Below are positions 25,448 through 34,745 of a stretch of 64,000 nucleotides of DNA, piece after piece (positions within the stretch are counted from its first letter, which is position 1; each line of letters begins with the position of its first letter). Both the position numbers and the translations under genes were made by a program. The stretch is taken from IMG/VR virus record IMGVR_UViG_3300025109_000006; one strand, written 5' to 3'. The stretch is from an uncultured virus (IMG/VR IMGVR_UViG_3300025109_000006). Taxonomy: Duplodnaviria > Heunggongvirae > Uroviricota > Caudoviricetes. The notes beneath the pieces are model-generated. The model saw nothing but the letters and a program-made list of their open reading frames with translations. It did no database searches and was not told the DNA's origin.

Positions 25448-26428
25448 TCAAGAGTTTGGTGGCGGTGGTGGAAGCGTCGGCGAGTTTGCTTTTGCGGCCT
25501 CTACCGCATCAAAATTAAACAGTGACCTACGTGATTGCTGCATAAGAACACCACGGGCAATGCCATCTTGGCAGGCCCAGCGAAGGTGTAATGGGTTGTC
25601 AGTCCGACCTGACACCGCCGACTGGATTGAATCCTGAACGGTGGCTCCAGATAACATACCTTGTGCTACGAGATCGGCAACCTCATCTTGCCAATCTAAA
25701 TCAGTTAGGCGATTAAGCCTGTAATTACTTTGACTTGCACGTAGAATTTCCCTCAGGTTTCCTGGCGTTTTCTTCGAACACACACCGGTACGGTCACCAG
25801 TTACCCATTCAGGATTCGTTGGGTCGCAGTAGTAGATGCTTGGAAACCATGGGTCAGGATAGTTCGGGTCGACCATCGCACGAACGTTCACATCACACCA
25901 GGCAGGAAGCGTCTCTACCTGGTTACGTGAAGGTACGTCTGGGCCACCAGGACAAAAGCGACCATCGGCATTGGTACCCGGCATGCGCTCATGAAAGGTC
26001 ATCAAGAGGTGTACACCAAGGTGCCGAGACAAATGCGCAATCTCGAGCAAGTAGTGGTTTAGTTGTTGGTAGGGAAAGAAACGATCCTTCTTACCGCTGC
26101 GACCTGTTGGCGCTTCCTCTCCCCATTCAAGCATCGAGCGTTGGCAGAGATGACTCAAGTCATCCACGACAACAGCACCGTATTTAATCGCCTCACCTGT
26201 ATCTGCTAAGCGGCGAAGAAAGGCCACCAGATCAGGCAGATTCTTGGGTGATTCAGGATGCACCGATGGAGTGAATCCCAATTCATTTTGCGCCACGAGA
26301 GTTATTGCAGAAGGCACACCGAGGAATAAAGCCGACGGAAAGGTGGCTAATGCGTCACTCGTTTTCTTCTGTTTTGGTTTGCCGTAAACCGTAATCATAA
26401 CGGTCGGAAGCACACTATCTGATTCCAT
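25448..26428 (-). CDS. AAA_24 / Sak4-like ATPase
   Basis: ITVYGKPKQKKT (Walker A-like), AVVVDDLS Walker B, LLMTFHE. Confidence 0.7.
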   Translation of the reverse strand: MESDSVLPTVMITVYGKPKQKKTSDALATFPSALFLGVPSAITLVAQNELGFTPSVHPESPKNLPDLVAFLRRLADTGEAIKYGAVVVDDLSHLCQRSMLEWGEEAPTGRSGKKDRFFPYQQLNHYLLEIAHLSRHLGVHLLMTFHERMPGTNADGRFCPGGPDVPSRNQVETLPAWCDVNVRAMVDPNYPDPWFPSIYYCDPTNPEWVTGDRTGVCSKKTPGNLREILRASQSNYRLNRLTDLDWQDEVADLVAQGMLSGATVQDSIQSAVSGRTDNPLHLRWACQDGIARGVLMQQSRRSLFNFDAVEAAKANSPTLPPPPPNS

Positions 26429-26493
26429 GATTTCTCCAGGTTGATTTAGCTTTGGGGGGGATAAAGACTAACAGATCCGACGAAACAGTCGGG

Positions 26494-27480
26494 TCAAATT
26501 GTGACCGCTTCACCGTAGAAACACATCTTGATCGCGGGGCATGCACCATAACGACCGACACAAGAAGTCTCGTGCTGTACCTTCGGCCAGTCCCAGTAAG
26601 TGGGTAGCTCCAAGTCAAGACGAGCAAGTGAGTGTTCGGCACGCCACAACATGTCAGCGAAGTGCATGTCTCTGTGGGGCGTAGCAGGAACCATAGGGCG
26701 GGCAACCTTCCAGGGCTCTTGAGTTTGAATGAGATTCAATGCGACCCCGCCGAAGTCCTTGCCATAGAGTTGCTTGCCCATGATTCGGAACGCAGCAAAC
26801 CCACCGTCAACAGCGTAGCCGTCGACACTTTTGTTGGGCGAGACGCGAGCCTGGTGCTTGTGGTCCCAGATAAATACCTTACCGGCACGGTCGCGAATCA
26901 CAAGGTCGAGTCGGCGAGTCAAGACAACTGCCGCGCCAGAGTCAGGGTGACCGGGACAATTAAGCGGTGATGGTATGATCTTGGAACCATCCCACGCCTT
27001 TACTGAGGCCGCCCTACGATTAAAGTGTTGTTCTTCGTGATGAACTACCCACATGCCCCACTCATTATCTTTCGTACCTAAGACTGCTGTGACTGGGTAC
27101 TCAACCGCAACGACATCACCTGGGCACTCTGGGTGCGTATCCATGTACCGATGAAACGTTTCAACCATACGATCGATATACTCATGCCCACCATTGGTAT
27201 CGCACCAAACCTGTACGGCTTCTTCAGGCGCGAGAAAGACGCTGGGGTCATCGTACCGTGTCTCGTCGACCCACACGCCTTGGGGGGATTTCGCTCCCCA
27301 GATTGCGTGCTGATGCGCCTGGATGACGTGGCCCATGCTGCCACGGGTAAGCGCACTGGCGGGGATTAGGCTCATGTCCAATCGGTTCTGATACGCAAAC
27401 AACTGAGGGCAGCGAAAGAAGGAACCAATACGTGACCATCCACGAGAGGATCTACCGGCATCAATAAGAATCTTCTTCAC
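26494..27480 (-). CDS. PD-(D/E)XK (Cas4/RecB-like) exonuclease
   Basis: S...FFRCP, GSMGH, RLDLVIRD...IWDHK and C-terminal Cys cluster. Confidence 0.85.
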   Translation of the reverse strand: MKKILIDAGRSSRGWSRIGSFFRCPQLFAYQNRLDMSLIPASALTRGSMGHVIQAHQHAIWGAKSPQGVWVDETRYDDPSVFLAPEEAVQVWCDTNGGHEYIDRMVETFHRYMDTHPECPGDVVAVEYPVTAVLGTKDNEWGMWVVHHEEQHFNRRAASVKAWDGSKIIPSPLNCPGHPDSGAAVVLTRRLDLVIRDRAGKVFIWDHKHQARVSPNKSVDGYAVDGGFAAFRIMGKQLYGKDFGGVALNLIQTQEPWKVARPMVPATPHRDMHFADMLWRAEHSLARLDLELPTYWDWPKVQHETSCVGRYGACPAIKMCFYGEAVTI

Positions 27481-27669
27481 TTACGCGCCCTCGACAAAAC
27501 CGTTGATTTCAATCTGAAGCTGCTCAACGACACCTTCGCGGAACTCGTTTCGAAGTCCCTCACTCCATACGTCATTCCGAATCAGACCATCAAAGTAAGG
27601 CTCATGAGAATCAATCATGTCCTCGTAAACCCGATGTACCAGTCGACACATACGTTCAAACTCATTCAT
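27481..27669 (-). CDS. Small hypothetical protein
   Basis: GGAGG RBS; coupled between the helicase and nuclease genes. Confidence 0.65.
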   Translation of the reverse strand: MNEFERMCRLVHRVYEDMIDSHEPYFDGLIRNDVWSEGLRNEFREGVVEQLQIEINGFVEGA

Positions 27670-29588
27670 GCTACCTCCAGCTTGCTGATAATACTGCTTA
27701 CAAGTGCTTCTTCGTCTTCCATTCCCAGGAGCTTATCTCCCAACCCCTCAAGCTCGTCTGCCTTTAGGAAGGATTCAATAGGACCGAACTTGTCTACAAG
27801 GATCTGAACCACACGCTCGTCATAGGTACCTTGGGCGACAACTACTTTAAGTAGTGTGGCGCTACCACCAAGGCGGTCGAACCGACCCTTCCACTGAACG
27901 AAGTCACCAGGCTTCCAGGGGAGCATGGCGAAAATGGCGAGGTCCGCAGTCTGCATGCCGTCGACACCAACGCCGACACTTTGTCCTGTTGCAATCAAGC
28001 AACATGGTCCCGTTGACTCTCGAAATGTGTCAACCATCATGTCTCGGTCAGATTCGGGAACACCCCCGTGTACCATCCAAACTGGAACCTCGCCTAAGGC
28101 TTCGTCTCCCCGCTTCAAAGCTTTCCGCAGATCATATTCCCATAGTTCTGTTTCTCGCCTACGAGCAGTAAAGATTACAACCTTACCCCCACCTTTCAAT
28201 CCTTCAATAGCTTCACCTACCACGTATTTCCGTTTCCGCGTACAAGCCTCAGCTAACCGGGCCTCAACGACCCGCTCTTTAGCCATACTATTTGTACGCG
28301 CTTCTTTGACCAAACCGCGCATCGCTTGACCAAATGTCTGGTTATCACTCCACCGGTCAGCCCGATTGAGTTCTGTTGCACTGAGATACGCGACTTGTAC
28401 CCGCGTATCAGGCAAGGCTGAGTGGGACTCTGAGTAGGGAACCTCGTGAACAAAGAACGAGCACCGAGCCTTAAGCTCTTGGAGATTGCTCGCACCGCCA
28501 TCATCTAAGCCGCCAAACTGACCTGGTCGCGCATTACAATACCGTCGCGCAAAGTTTGAGTAGCTGTGCGAAAACCCGCCAGGAGCCAGTAAATCAAGCT
28601 GAGACCACAACCTACGAGGCCGACCATCATCAAGCGGCGTGGCTGTTAGGCCAATGCGTAGCTCAACGCAGGCGAGCCTACTCAAGTCCATCATAGCAAC
28701 GGCACGATTCTCTCGGTCAACCGCAGAGTTTGCGCGATTGCTGGCTGCAGTCTTGCGCCTTTCGAACGACACGCTGCCATCGGCCTCTTGAATAGCAGTC
28801 CAACGCTTGCGACTTCCGTGAGTGTGTATCTCGTCGAGAACAATGGTTTTCGGTAATAGTTTTCTCGCTATGCCGATGTTGTCTGCCAGCGCTTCTGCAC
28901 CCATGATTACGAAGGGCCGCTTTTTTTCGCTGGCGCACTCTGAAAGGTAGTCATCAAACGTTTGATCTTTCTTACGTACGTCAGATGAGGGGCGAACACG
29001 AAATGGTTTTAGGTTCGTGTATTCTTGAACCTGGCTCCACCAGACATGGCGTGCTTTTGCGGGGCAGACAATAAGAACAGGACCAGGCCGACTTAGCGAC
29101 GACATAATAGCCCCGAGAGTTTTACCCGAGCCGCAAGCCCACACATTCATGGTCCAAGGACGAGAACTTGCCCATTCGATACCCATAAATTGATACGGGG
29201 TTGCCAGGTCAAGTACATGAGCCCTTAATTCCCCTCGCGCAACCGACCTTTCGGCTCGCTCTCTGCCTGTAGTCTCTATCCGTTGCCGTTGCTCAGGCTC
29301 ATCAGACCAACCAGTAATGTTACCAATGTCTGTTGCTGAAAATGTGTATGCGATTGAATTGTGAGCAAGTGATCCCTCGACCAACCAAGCCGCGTGCAAA
29401 GGCGCGTAGATTTCACCTGAAACCATCGCGTCTTTCTGCTCAGGTGACGCGTTTTTTAGTCTCAGTCGACGACCATATGACCTACGCCCATAGACAAGTG
29501 TCCCCGGAATGGTGGACTCGAGACTCTCTAAGAACGCAAGCGAGTCTCGTGAGTTCACACGATAGGTGAGGTGAGGTTGTCGTTGCAT
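27666..29588 (-). CDS. SNF2-family (SF2) helicase
   Basis: CGSGKT, LDEIH, LTATP, GVGVDGMQ, QWKGRFDRLG. Confidence 0.92.
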   Translation of the reverse strand: MQRQPHLTYRVNSRDSLAFLESLESTIPGTLVYGRRSYGRRLRLKNASPEQKDAMVSGEIYAPLHAAWLVEGSLAHNSIAYTFSATDIGNITGWSDEPEQRQRIETTGRERAERSVARGELRAHVLDLATPYQFMGIEWASSRPWTMNVWACGSGKTLGAIMSSLSRPGPVLIVCPAKARHVWWSQVQEYTNLKPFRVRPSSDVRKKDQTFDDYLSECASEKKRPFVIMGAEALADNIGIARKLLPKTIVLDEIHTHGSRKRWTAIQEADGSVSFERRKTAASNRANSAVDRENRAVAMMDLSRLACVELRIGLTATPLDDGRPRRLWSQLDLLAPGGFSHSYSNFARRYCNARPGQFGGLDDGGASNLQELKARCSFFVHEVPYSESHSALPDTRVQVAYLSATELNRADRWSDNQTFGQAMRGLVKEARTNSMAKERVVEARLAEACTRKRKYVVGEAIEGLKGGGKVVIFTARRRETELWEYDLRKALKRGDEALGEVPVWMVHGGVPESDRDMMVDTFRESTGPCCLIATGQSVGVGVDGMQTADLAIFAMLPWKPGDFVQWKGRFDRLGGSATLLKVVVAQGTYDERVVQILVDKFGPIESFLKADELEGLGDKLLGMEDEEALVSSIISKLEVA

Positions 29589-29594
29589 GCAGGG

Positions 29595-29661
29595 ACTTTA
29601 TTCTAGTCATGACAGGGTGTCAAGGTATAAAGTTGACGTGGGTGGCTTTTTGGGCTACCGT
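29595..29661. promoter_or_regulatory. Back-to-back sigma70-type promoters
   Basis: - strand TTGACA(29623)-N17-TAAAGT; + strand TTGACG(29633)-N17-TACCGT. Confidence 0.6.
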
Positions 29662-29682
29662 AACGGTGATCTGGAGTTTCTA

Positions 29683-29982
29683 ATGGTATTAAGTTCATTT
29701 TCTCGTGCGATGCGTATGTACCGGGAGACAAGAAAGTGGTCTCTCGCAGACCTAGCTCGCTCATCTGGTTTGAGTCAGTCCGAAGTGAGCCGTATTGAGT
29801 CAGGTTCACGACTACCAACGATGCGCCACGTTAAAGGATTAGCTGAAGCATTCTCGTCGTCACCGAAAACCGGCGATAACGAGCCTGTTCGATACGAAAG
29901 TTGGGTAGCTCACCTCGTTGATCTTGGTGAACGTGCGAGAATTGACGCTAGAAGTGGTCCAGGTAGGTGGTCAAAGAGATGA
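29683..29982 (+). CDS. XRE-family HTH transcriptional regulator
   Basis: WSLADLARSSGLSQSEVSRIESGSRLP; GGAG RBS before ATG 29683. Confidence 0.9.
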   Translation: MVLSSFSRAMRMYRETRKWSLADLARSSGLSQSEVSRIESGSRLPTMRHVKGLAEAFSSSPKTGDNEPVRYESWVAHLVDLGERARIDARSGPGRWSKR

Positions 29983-30239
29983 GTTACATCGGGTTCATGA
30001 GCACGACAGAAAGTCTAGCCACTTTGGCACTTGCATCCCTAAACTCGACTCAATTAATCGAAGCTCTCGAAGACATGGGGTACGATGAGGTCGAGGTGTT
30101 GCCTCTCGATGAGGGATATGTCTTAACTATCGGCGGGACACAAATAGCGATGGGCGTAGGTGAGGACGCTTTAGACGCGTCCGAGAACCTTCTAGATCGC
30201 GCTGCCGACCTGTTTTATCATCGTACACCCGAAGCGTAG
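29979..30239 (+). CDS. Small acidic hypothetical protein
   Basis: ATGA overlap with the XRE gene. Confidence 0.65.
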   Translation: MSYIGFMSTTESLATLALASLNSTQLIEALEDMGYDEVEVLPLDEGYVLTIGGTQIAMGVGEDALDASENLLDRAADLFYHRTPEA

Positions 30240-30246
30240 AGAAGGA

Positions 30247-30819
30247 TTACAGTGGCTCATCAATGAGGGTGTAGCTAAAAGAATTGCCCCACTTTGCCCT
30301 GGCCGCATAGCAAATAGACATAAACTCATCGAAGTCTGCGCTATGGCTAAACACCTGGCACCCAGCAGACCAACGATCTACTTGCGTTGAGTCCGCCCCG
30401 GCTTTGTGGATATTGATCCCGTAATAGCCTTCAGTAATAGACTGTACGTCAAGATCAATAATGTCATCTTTATTGTCGTCACGATAAGTTTTGACCGTGC
30501 CGCTCCTTTGGCAGAGTGCGTCATACTTTCCCTGGTGCTTGTCGATTTTCCATACAGATCGGTATTGTCCAGGTACAAGGATAGCAGTCCCACGTACGTT
30601 GGTGGGGCGCTCAAGCCAGTACTTACCGGGCTCAGTGGTACATTCCCAGGTGCGCGTAACCCATCCCTGCTCATCCCTGAAGACAACGCACATGCGGTCA
30701 TCGAAGCTATTGGGCTTGTGGTCCCTGCTTCGAATACCGATGATGTTCAGGTTGTACTGGCCCTGCTCAAATACAGCGTGCCCAAGAGAGGCCACATAGT
30801 CCAGCAGTACGGGCCTCAT
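30247..30819 (-). CDS. Putative endolysin, L,D-transpeptidase (YkuD)-like catalytic motif
   Basis: TTEPG, LVPGQY, GINIH...WSAGCQV; next to small membrane-protein genes. Confidence 0.7.
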   Translation of the reverse strand: MRPVLLDYVASLGHAVFEQGQYNLNIIGIRSRDHKPNSFDDRMCVVFRDEQGWVTRTWECTTEPGKYWLERPTNVRGTAILVPGQYRSVWKIDKHQGKYDALCQRSGTVKTYRDDNKDDIIDLDVQSITEGYYGINIHKAGADSTQVDRWSAGCQVFSHSADFDEFMSICYAARAKWGNSFSYTLIDEPL

Positions 30820-31106
30820 TAGTCACAGTCAGTATTTACGGCAGTGCAAATCTTGGCCTGGTTGATTGCCTGCTGCTGCTGTATCTCAACCATCTTGGCC
30901 ATCAGGTCTTCCATCTTATCAAGGCGCTTCTCTATACCCTCGATCTTCAGATCAACCACCTCTTGCTTGCCCGACTTGGACTCAAGGACAACGACGCGCT
31001 TACTGAGGTCTTCAGTGTCCTGGGCAGCAGATTCAAGTGATGCAAACGAGATGCCCGCCGCAAAGACGAGAGTGACACCGGGAACTAACCAATCTTTCAT
31101 ATTCAT
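30819..31106 (-). CDS. Membrane-anchored coiled-coil protein (holin/spanin-like)
   Basis: N-terminal hydrophobic helix plus coiled coil; in lysis cluster. Confidence 0.55.
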   Translation of the reverse strand: MNMKDWLVPGVTLVFAAGISFASLESAAQDTEDLSKRVVVLESKSGKQEVVDLKIEGIEKRLDKMEDLMAKMVEIQQQQAINQAKICTAVNTDCD

Positions 31107-31107
31107 A

Positions 31108-31545
31108 TTATAATCCTGCACCATACTGATATGTTGCCCCTAACCCAATACTAACCACGCCGACAATGAGTACCGTTTCTATTCTACCAAACCAGCGCTG
31201 AGTTGCAGGCCTTTCCATCCAAGGCTTCGGCTGTGTTTCCTCGTCGAGTTTGGATTTGTACCAGTCAACCTCCATTTGCAGCATTGAAGTTTCTATCTTG
31301 TACTGGGACTGAATAGCCCCAGCCCACTGCTCTGTTTGTAACAAATCGGAAAACTGAGACAGCGGAACGGCCACTGCGGAGCATTTAGCCACTCCTGGTG
31401 GCTCTATAATGACCTGAGGCAGCGCTTTACCTTTGTTTATAGGAAGCACTTTGTAGCATTCACCGTCCACAGGATTGGGAGTTGCAGGCCTCTCAATCGG
31501 GTCCGAGGCCAAAGCCATACCAAGGAAAAGGAGGATCGTCGTCAT
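31108..31545 (-). CDS. Secreted/membrane protein (spanin-like)
   Basis: Signal peptide and C-terminal transmembrane helix. Confidence 0.55.
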   Translation of the reverse strand: MTTILLFLGMALASDPIERPATPNPVDGECYKVLPINKGKALPQVIIEPPGVAKCSAVAVPLSQFSDLLQTEQWAGAIQSQYKIETSMLQMEVDWYKSKLDEETQPKPWMERPATQRWFGRIETVLIVGVVSIGLGATYQYGAGL

Positions 31546-31799
31546 CGTCGTTTTCTCGCATTACCAAGATCAGCAAGATCGTCAGCAGGAGAATCGCCAT
31601 CAGTAGCAGCTTTGATTCGATCTAGTTCTTCTTCGAGGTTCTCTTGAACATTATCAATTGCTGCCTCAGAGGTCGTGTTCTTTGGCGGCTTTAACTGTGT
31701 CGCAGCCGACTTCTTTTTAATCCCACCACGCCTAAAAAACGCGGCAGCAACAGCTAAAACACTAATCAGAATAAGTATAAATGAATCGGTCATTACCAT
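31542..31799 (-). CDS. Membrane-anchored protein (i-spanin-like)
   Basis: N-terminal TM FILILISVLAVAAAFF then a charged helical region. Confidence 0.55.
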   Translation of the reverse strand: MVMTDSFILILISVLAVAAAFFRRGGIKKKSAATQLKPPKNTTSEAAIDNVQENLEEELDRIKAATDGDSPADDLADLGNARKRR

Positions 31800-31800
31800 C

Positions 31801-32190
31801 TCACGAGGCAATAAGCCGAACAATTACAGCATCTGCAGGTGATGTTGAGTTGTCCACAGCATTACCGCTTGTACACCACAGAGTTAACCCCGTACCATAT
31901 GGTTGACCGTCGGGGAATGTGTAGGAAGCTTTTGACCCTGGTGCTGCTACGAACATCCAAGTCGGAACAAGCGTACCCGCAGCCCCTGCAGATTGAGCGT
32001 CCTTTATTCTTAGGTAAGCTGAGGTTGTGGCATTTGCGGTGTTATCGACTTCTACTAAGTACAAGACGCCCGATTTTGATGGCTCGAAAGTATCCGAGGT
32101 AACATGACCTTCAACAGATGAATCTGCGTCAAAATCAATAATGAGATTACCACCTAAGGCAGTAATCGATGTTGTTTTTGTGACTCCCAT
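31801..32190 (-). CDS. Small beta-rich virion protein, paralog 1
   Basis: GVLYLVEVDN...YTFPDG motif shared with neighbours. Confidence 0.7.
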   Translation of the reverse strand: MGVTKTTSITALGGNLIIDFDADSSVEGHVTSDTFEPSKSGVLYLVEVDNTANATTSAYLRIKDAQSAGAAGTLVPTWMFVAAPGSKASYTFPDGQPYGTGLTLWCTSGNAVDNSTSPADAVIVRLIAS

Positions 32191-32198
32191 TCTTCACC

Positions 32199-32558
32199 TC
32201 ACGAACAGAGCAAAGAAATATCAACTGAACCAGCGAAACCGGTTGTATCATCTTCGGCGCTACTATCACTGACCCAAAAGTTCAACATCTCAAACGCAAA
32301 GCCTGTCGGAATCTGAGCCGTCTTTACGGATGATGCGACACCCCTGAAAGCAATCTGAGTCACGGTCTCTGTCTTACCATCAAGAATGTGCAGAGACACA
32401 TCGTCTGAGCTATTTGTAGAGTCGATGACAATGCTGTAGAGCGTGCCTGCACTCCCAGTAGCATTAACGATTACAGTAGCGTCCTCTATGGTAGTGCAGC
32501 GCACAACCTTGTAGTCGACGGAATCGTGAAATCCAGTAATGCTCAGGGATGCGGCCAT
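32199..32558 (-). CDS. Small beta-rich virion protein, paralog 2
   Basis: TGSAGTLYSIVID...IPTG. Confidence 0.7.
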   Translation of the reverse strand: MAASLSITGFHDSVDYKVVRCTTIEDATVIVNATGSAGTLYSIVIDSTNSSDDVSLHILDGKTETVTQIAFRGVASSVKTAQIPTGFAFEMLNFWVSDSSAEDDTTGFAGSVDISLLCS

Positions 32559-32561
32559 TGA

Positions 32562-32762
32562 TTAGCTACTTTTTCCGAGGCCAATAGCACCCATAGCTTT
32601 CTCAGCACTGTCACCAGCGATGTAGGCAAGGCCAAGGTAAAGCCACTGAGTTGAATCGAGCATGCCTGCGATGAGTAGGCCTGTGCCAAGGGAGAGGACG
32701 GCAAGTCGACGCCAAGAGACACGTTTCTGAGAGCAGAAAAGTTTATCGATGAAAGCTTTCAT
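32562..32762 (-). CDS. Putative holin (two TM helices)
   Basis: GGAGG RBS before ATG 32762; two hydrophobic helices. Confidence 0.6.
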   Translation of the reverse strand: MKAFIDKLFCSQKRVSWRRLAVLSLGTGLLIAGMLDSTQWLYLGLAYIAGDSAEKAMGAIGLGKSS

Positions 32763-32763
32763 A

Positions 32764-33153
32764 TCAAGTTCCTCCAAGAACTGTAACGATGACTGATTTT
32801 GCGGGGTCGGTTTGTGACGCATTAGCGCTATCAGCCGTTGACGTAGCAATAAAACTAATGCCATTGCTGAATGCCTGACCGTCAGGAAAGACATAAGTAA
32901 CGAGACTATTCGCGGGGGCGTAAAAACGCCAGTCTGGGTCGTTGGCTAAAGTATACGATGTCTCAGCCTGTACTTTGACGTACGTAACGGCATTCACTTT
33001 AGAGTTATCTATCTTCCAGCAGTAAAACTTATCGGCTTTTGTTACACCGGTAAAAACATCATTGCCGGAACCTACCCCGGTTGTATCTGAGTCGGTATCA
33101 ATGACGAGCGTTTCTGCTAGTCGGGCGGGGACATCGGTGACTTTGATTGCCAT
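32764..33153 (-). CDS. Small beta-rich virion protein, paralog 3
   Basis: KIDN...YVKV...YVFPDG. Confidence 0.7.
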   Translation of the reverse strand: MAIKVTDVPARLAETLVIDTDSDTTGVGSGNDVFTGVTKADKFYCWKIDNSKVNAVTYVKVQAETSYTLANDPDWRFYAPANSLVTYVFPDGQAFSNGISFIATSTADSANASQTDPAKSVIVTVLGGT

Positions 33154-33161
33154 AACAACTC

Positions 33162-33551
33162 CTAAGAAGTGACCATCGTGACTTTAATCGTACCTGAATT
33201 GCCTGCAGTCGTGTGGGTTGAACTGTCATTTTCTCCATCAGCATTATTGTCAACAATTACCACACTTAAGGCACTAAAGGGTAGCCCGCCTGGTAGTTGG
33301 ATAACTAAATCCTGCGCAGCAGCCACTTTGAACATTGCCTCTGGGTTAGATGTCCCCAAAGTAAATGACGCGGTAGAAAGCCACAGCTTCACATAATACG
33401 CATTAGCAGATAGCGTATTATCCAGGTTGATCGAATACAATGTCCCCGCACTACCGGTAATATCGACAATTGGTGTCGAACCAAATGATGGGTCGTATAC
33501 AATTTTGTACGGTAAAACCGTCGATGGGAACTCTGCGATTTGTACAGCCAT
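33162..33551 (-). CDS. Small beta-rich virion protein, paralog 4
   Basis: TGSAGTLYSINLDN...YVKL...LPGG. Confidence 0.7.
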   Translation of the reverse strand: MAVQIAEFPSTVLPYKIVYDPSFGSTPIVDITGSAGTLYSINLDNTLSANAYYVKLWLSTASFTLGTSNPEAMFKVAAAQDLVIQLPGGLPFSALSVVIVDNNADGENDSSTHTTAGNSGTIKVTMVTS

Positions 33552-33560
33552 GATTTCTCC

Positions 33561-34745
33561 TTAGACTGGTAAGAATACGTTAGCGCGGATCGCTTCAAAC
33601 TTGCGGTCACCATTGAAGCTGTAGTCGTCAAGCACTTGCGTCCAGGTAGCGCCGTTGTCGAGGCTTTCCGCGACATCACCACCGGTCACAGGGTCACTGC
33701 TTCCATTAGACCCTACGAGCCAAACACCATTTCCATCGGTCGCAATAGTATTGATGTGTCCACCTATGGTGTCGTTGTGCCCGACCCCCACCCTGCCCGA
33801 TGCTCTGACCGATATTGTGGCGCCGTTTACATCGAAGGCCATGGTGTGGCGTGTGTTCGAGATAATCACCACACCATTTCCACAGGCTATAGTGGCTCGT
33901 TTAGAGCCAGAATCTGAAGTCTCGATGGTGTTCACATTATCGTCTGCCTCTTGAGCGCCCCATGTTGCATCGCTACCACCACCCATTTCTGTAGCAAACG
34001 CAGCCGCGCCAACGGTATTGATCTGACCGGGATTGCCAGCATCAAGAACGACCCATGTATTGTTCGTAAATCCGACATCGAGCACCGGCCCACCTGTCCC
34101 GGCATTATACGAATCCATTTCAGCCCAAGTTGCGGCATCGTCGGTGCTGGCGAAAATGCGAGGGCCTTGGCCGAACATCCAGTTCCCAACGCCATCAGTT
34201 GCAAGTCCAAAAACGGTGACCGTGTTCTGGATATTGGGGATGCCTGATAAATCGATGTTCGCCCATGTATCAGCATCGGCGCTGCGGGTGAGAATCTTCT
34301 CATCGCTGGACATATGACCGATGCCGACCCATATATTGTTGCCCCATGCCAGCGTGCGGCACTTCTTAGCCCTGCCTTCCGAGACCCATGTGCTGCCATC
34401 CGTGACATCGTTGTTGTCATCGCGAGCAATCTCCATCGACCCTGAGTTGTTAGCTGTTGCCCATATAGGATTTCCACTTCCGTCCTTACCGTATGCAAGC
34501 CAGTACGTGTCGGGTGTCGCAGATTGTACAATTGTACCCGTCCAGTCTGTACGGTCACTGTGTGGAGCATAGCTGATGTAGAATTTGGTCCCGTCCCCAT
34601 CGTGAGATGCTACCCAGCGTGTCGCTGTTTGACCAGATGCAGGTATGCCAACACCATTAACTGTCGCTATATTTGCCTTAGCAACAGCATTGACCGATGC
34701 TATATCAGCAGCAGCTACAGCGTTTAATGTTTCAATATCAGGCAT
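33561..34745 (-). CDS. Beta-propeller (BNR/Asp-box) receptor-binding-like protein
   Basis: SADADTW, STDDAATW, SLDNGATW repeats; ATDG.G.W blades. Confidence 0.7.
   Translation of the reverse strand: MPDIETLNAVAAADIASVNAVAKANIATVNGVGIPASGQTATRWVASHDGDGTKFYISYAPHSDRTDWTGTIVQSATPDTYWLAYGKDGSGNPIWATANNSGSMEIARDDNNDVTDGSTWVSEGRAKKCRTLAWGNNIWVGIGHMSSDEKILTRSADADTWANIDLSGIPNIQNTVTVFGLATDGVGNWMFGQGPRIFASTDDAATWAEMDSYNAGTGGPVLDVGFTNNTWVVLDAGNPGQINTVGAAAFATEMGGGSDATWGAQEADDNVNTIETSDSGSKRATIACGNGVVIISNTRHTMAFDVNGATISVRASGRVGVGHNDTIGGHINTIATDGNGVWLVGSNGSSDPVTGGDVAESLDNGATWTQVLDDYSFNGDRKFEAIRANVFLPV

Noticed and set aside
26494..27480. Cas4 as part of a CRISPR system with the RAMP gene
   Set aside because: It lies 17 kb away in a standard phage helicase-nuclease-AAA-SSB-polymerase module; no cas1/cas2
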